64,000 nucleotides of DNA from Dicyema japonicum. Its lineage: Eukaryota; Animalia; Dicyemida. The notes beneath the pieces are model-generated. The model did no database searches and was not told the origin of the DNA. It was given only the letters and a program-made list of their open reading frames with translations. The position numbers and the translations under genes are program-made. Shown piece after piece: positions 62,437-64,000 of the stretch (the first letter of the stretch is position 1; each line of letters opens with the position of its first letter). Location of the stretch: assembly GCA_011109175.1 (NCBI GenBank), contig RDEW01000046.1:15545-79544 (forward strand), given 5' to 3'.

Positions 62437-64000
62437 TGGTTGAGGTGGTGACGTGCCTCTCTTGCACTCAATATTCCCTATTTTGCATTGGATCATTCAA
62501 TGCAAAAGGACTAACATCATACGTAAAAAGACAACACTTATGTGCGGACCTCTAACGATACGGTATATTTGTATGCTGTCTCCAGGATACTAAAGTCCAC
62601 AATAGTCTGGATAAAACAATGAACGGGTATCGACTGCTCCTGTTGCCGTTAGACTGTCAACATTATGGGATGGGGTTCGCTATACGCGTGGACGCAACTG
62701 TGGTGGCTCATAGAGCATGGAGTATTAAGACAGGATTGCCATCCTCCAATTACGCCTTGGAAACAACCGTAATACTACTCTATCGATTATCAATATATAT
62801 GCACCGACCACAGTGAGGGTATCCGCCAACGCAGAAGAACTTGACAATTTCTACTCGTCCTTATTATCGGCTTACTCCTCCCTATCCAGCTCCTACATGT
62901 TCTTTATAGCGAGCGACTGGAATTCAAAAGTGGGGAAAAAGCGGGATGAATCAAATTGCCTGAGGCAGCCACGCTCGAGGGATCAGAAATCGTATTTCAG
63001 GTCCTGTAAATGAGTTCCTGAACCCAAGTCAAAGTGGATTCAGACCTGGAAGGTCGACAGCAGACGTTGTATGGAGTCACAGGTGGATGTGTGCAATTTG
63101 CCAGAAACACAAAGAAGAAATCTCAATCCTTGGAATTGACTTATCCCGTGCCTTCGACACTATAAACCGCAAAAGCTAATGCACGTACTGGAGAGTATTC
63201 TAGACGAGGATGCATCACGTATGATCAGATTTTTACTCCCAAACATCACTATCAGTGCGCGTGGGAAATTACAAATCAACAAAATTTAAAACCGAAACCG
63301 GCGCACCACTGGGAGACTCGTTATCCTCAGTCCTATTCATAATATAGCTGGAGGCATCTCTAAGACCTCTCCGGGAATAGAACTGTTTCACTAACGTAAT
63401 GGAAGTAATCTACGCAGATGATATTGATTTCGTCTGCCGGGATAGAGATATGCTGGAAACTATACTAAAAGTGATCCCTCAAGGCTTGGAGGACTGGTCC
63501 CTGGTAGTAAACCCAGACAAAACGGAAAGAACTAGCATATTCCATTGCATGACGAGAAACAAGGAAAAGTGGAGAACATGCAAGAAAGTTGGATCTCTCC
63601 TCAGGGACTCGGAGGACGTTATTCACAGGAAAGTTCTGGCGGTTGCTTCTTTCAAAAAATTTTGGGCGATCTGGATGCGGCGAAAGTACATATACACTCG
63701 CCTTCGAATTCGGTTGTACAATTTTATCGAACCAATTCTACTTTATAACGCGAGGACCTGGGGCCTAACCAACAAAGAACTGGAAAACCTCAACTCTTTC
63801 CACAGAATACAACTCGACTTCTTCTGGGAGTCTACTGGATAACCAACGACGAGCTATATAGAATTACTCAAACAACAAAAATTGGGAATAAAGTTACTTC
63901 TGAGAAATGGCAGCTCTTTGGACATGTCCTAAGAGCTTTGGAAATGGCACCGGCCAATCAGGCCATCGAAATACTTTTCTGTATTAAACAAAACGATGTA
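62437..64000 (+). mobile_element. RTE-clade retrotransposon, family D, internally deleted, running off the window
   Basis: 5' motif tggttgaggtggtgacgtgcctc; SFNAKG, HYGMGFAI, IASDWNSKVG, GIDLSRAFDTINR, YADDIDF, IRLYNFIEPILLYNARTW. Confidence 0.85.

Noticed and set aside
1-64000. CRISPR arrays, operons, rRNA or snRNA genes
   Set aside because: No repeat-spacer arrays or recognisable rRNA/U-snRNA motifs were seen; the DNA is eukaryotic and intron-containing.

Overview
This is AT-rich eukaryotic (metazoan-like) nuclear DNA, not prokaryotic. Eight compact host genes were spliced by hand: an orphan type I membrane protein (526-1839, -), MRPL27, an SSX2IP/ADIP-like gene, SMARCAL1, a NIPA-family Mg2+ transporter, a LisH/NPAT-like gene, SRRT/ARS2 and a UBE2K-like E2. 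An Ig-domain fragment is also present. All 36 introns resolved are 20-27 nt (mode 23), including one GC-AG and one apparent GT-TG intron. Such short introns suggest a reduced parasite such as a dicyemid or myxozoan, but the taxon cannot be fixed from this window. About half the window is decayed non-LTR retrotransposons (RTE, I/Jockey-like, R4-like, CRE-like), tRNA-derived SINEs and a pogo/Tigger relic. The most notable signals are: (1) in-frame TGA codons, and no in-frame TAA/TAG, inside otherwise intact spliced genes, one at a conserved Trp of NIPA and one separating a secreted ectodomain from its membrane anchor; (2) the ultra-short intron system; (3) a SINE whose 3' tail matches the 3' end of an RTE LINE in the same window; (4) an E2 lacking its catalytic Cys. 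Several exact tandem duplications, two with a lone N at the junction, look like assembly artefacts. Transposon boundaries are approximate.
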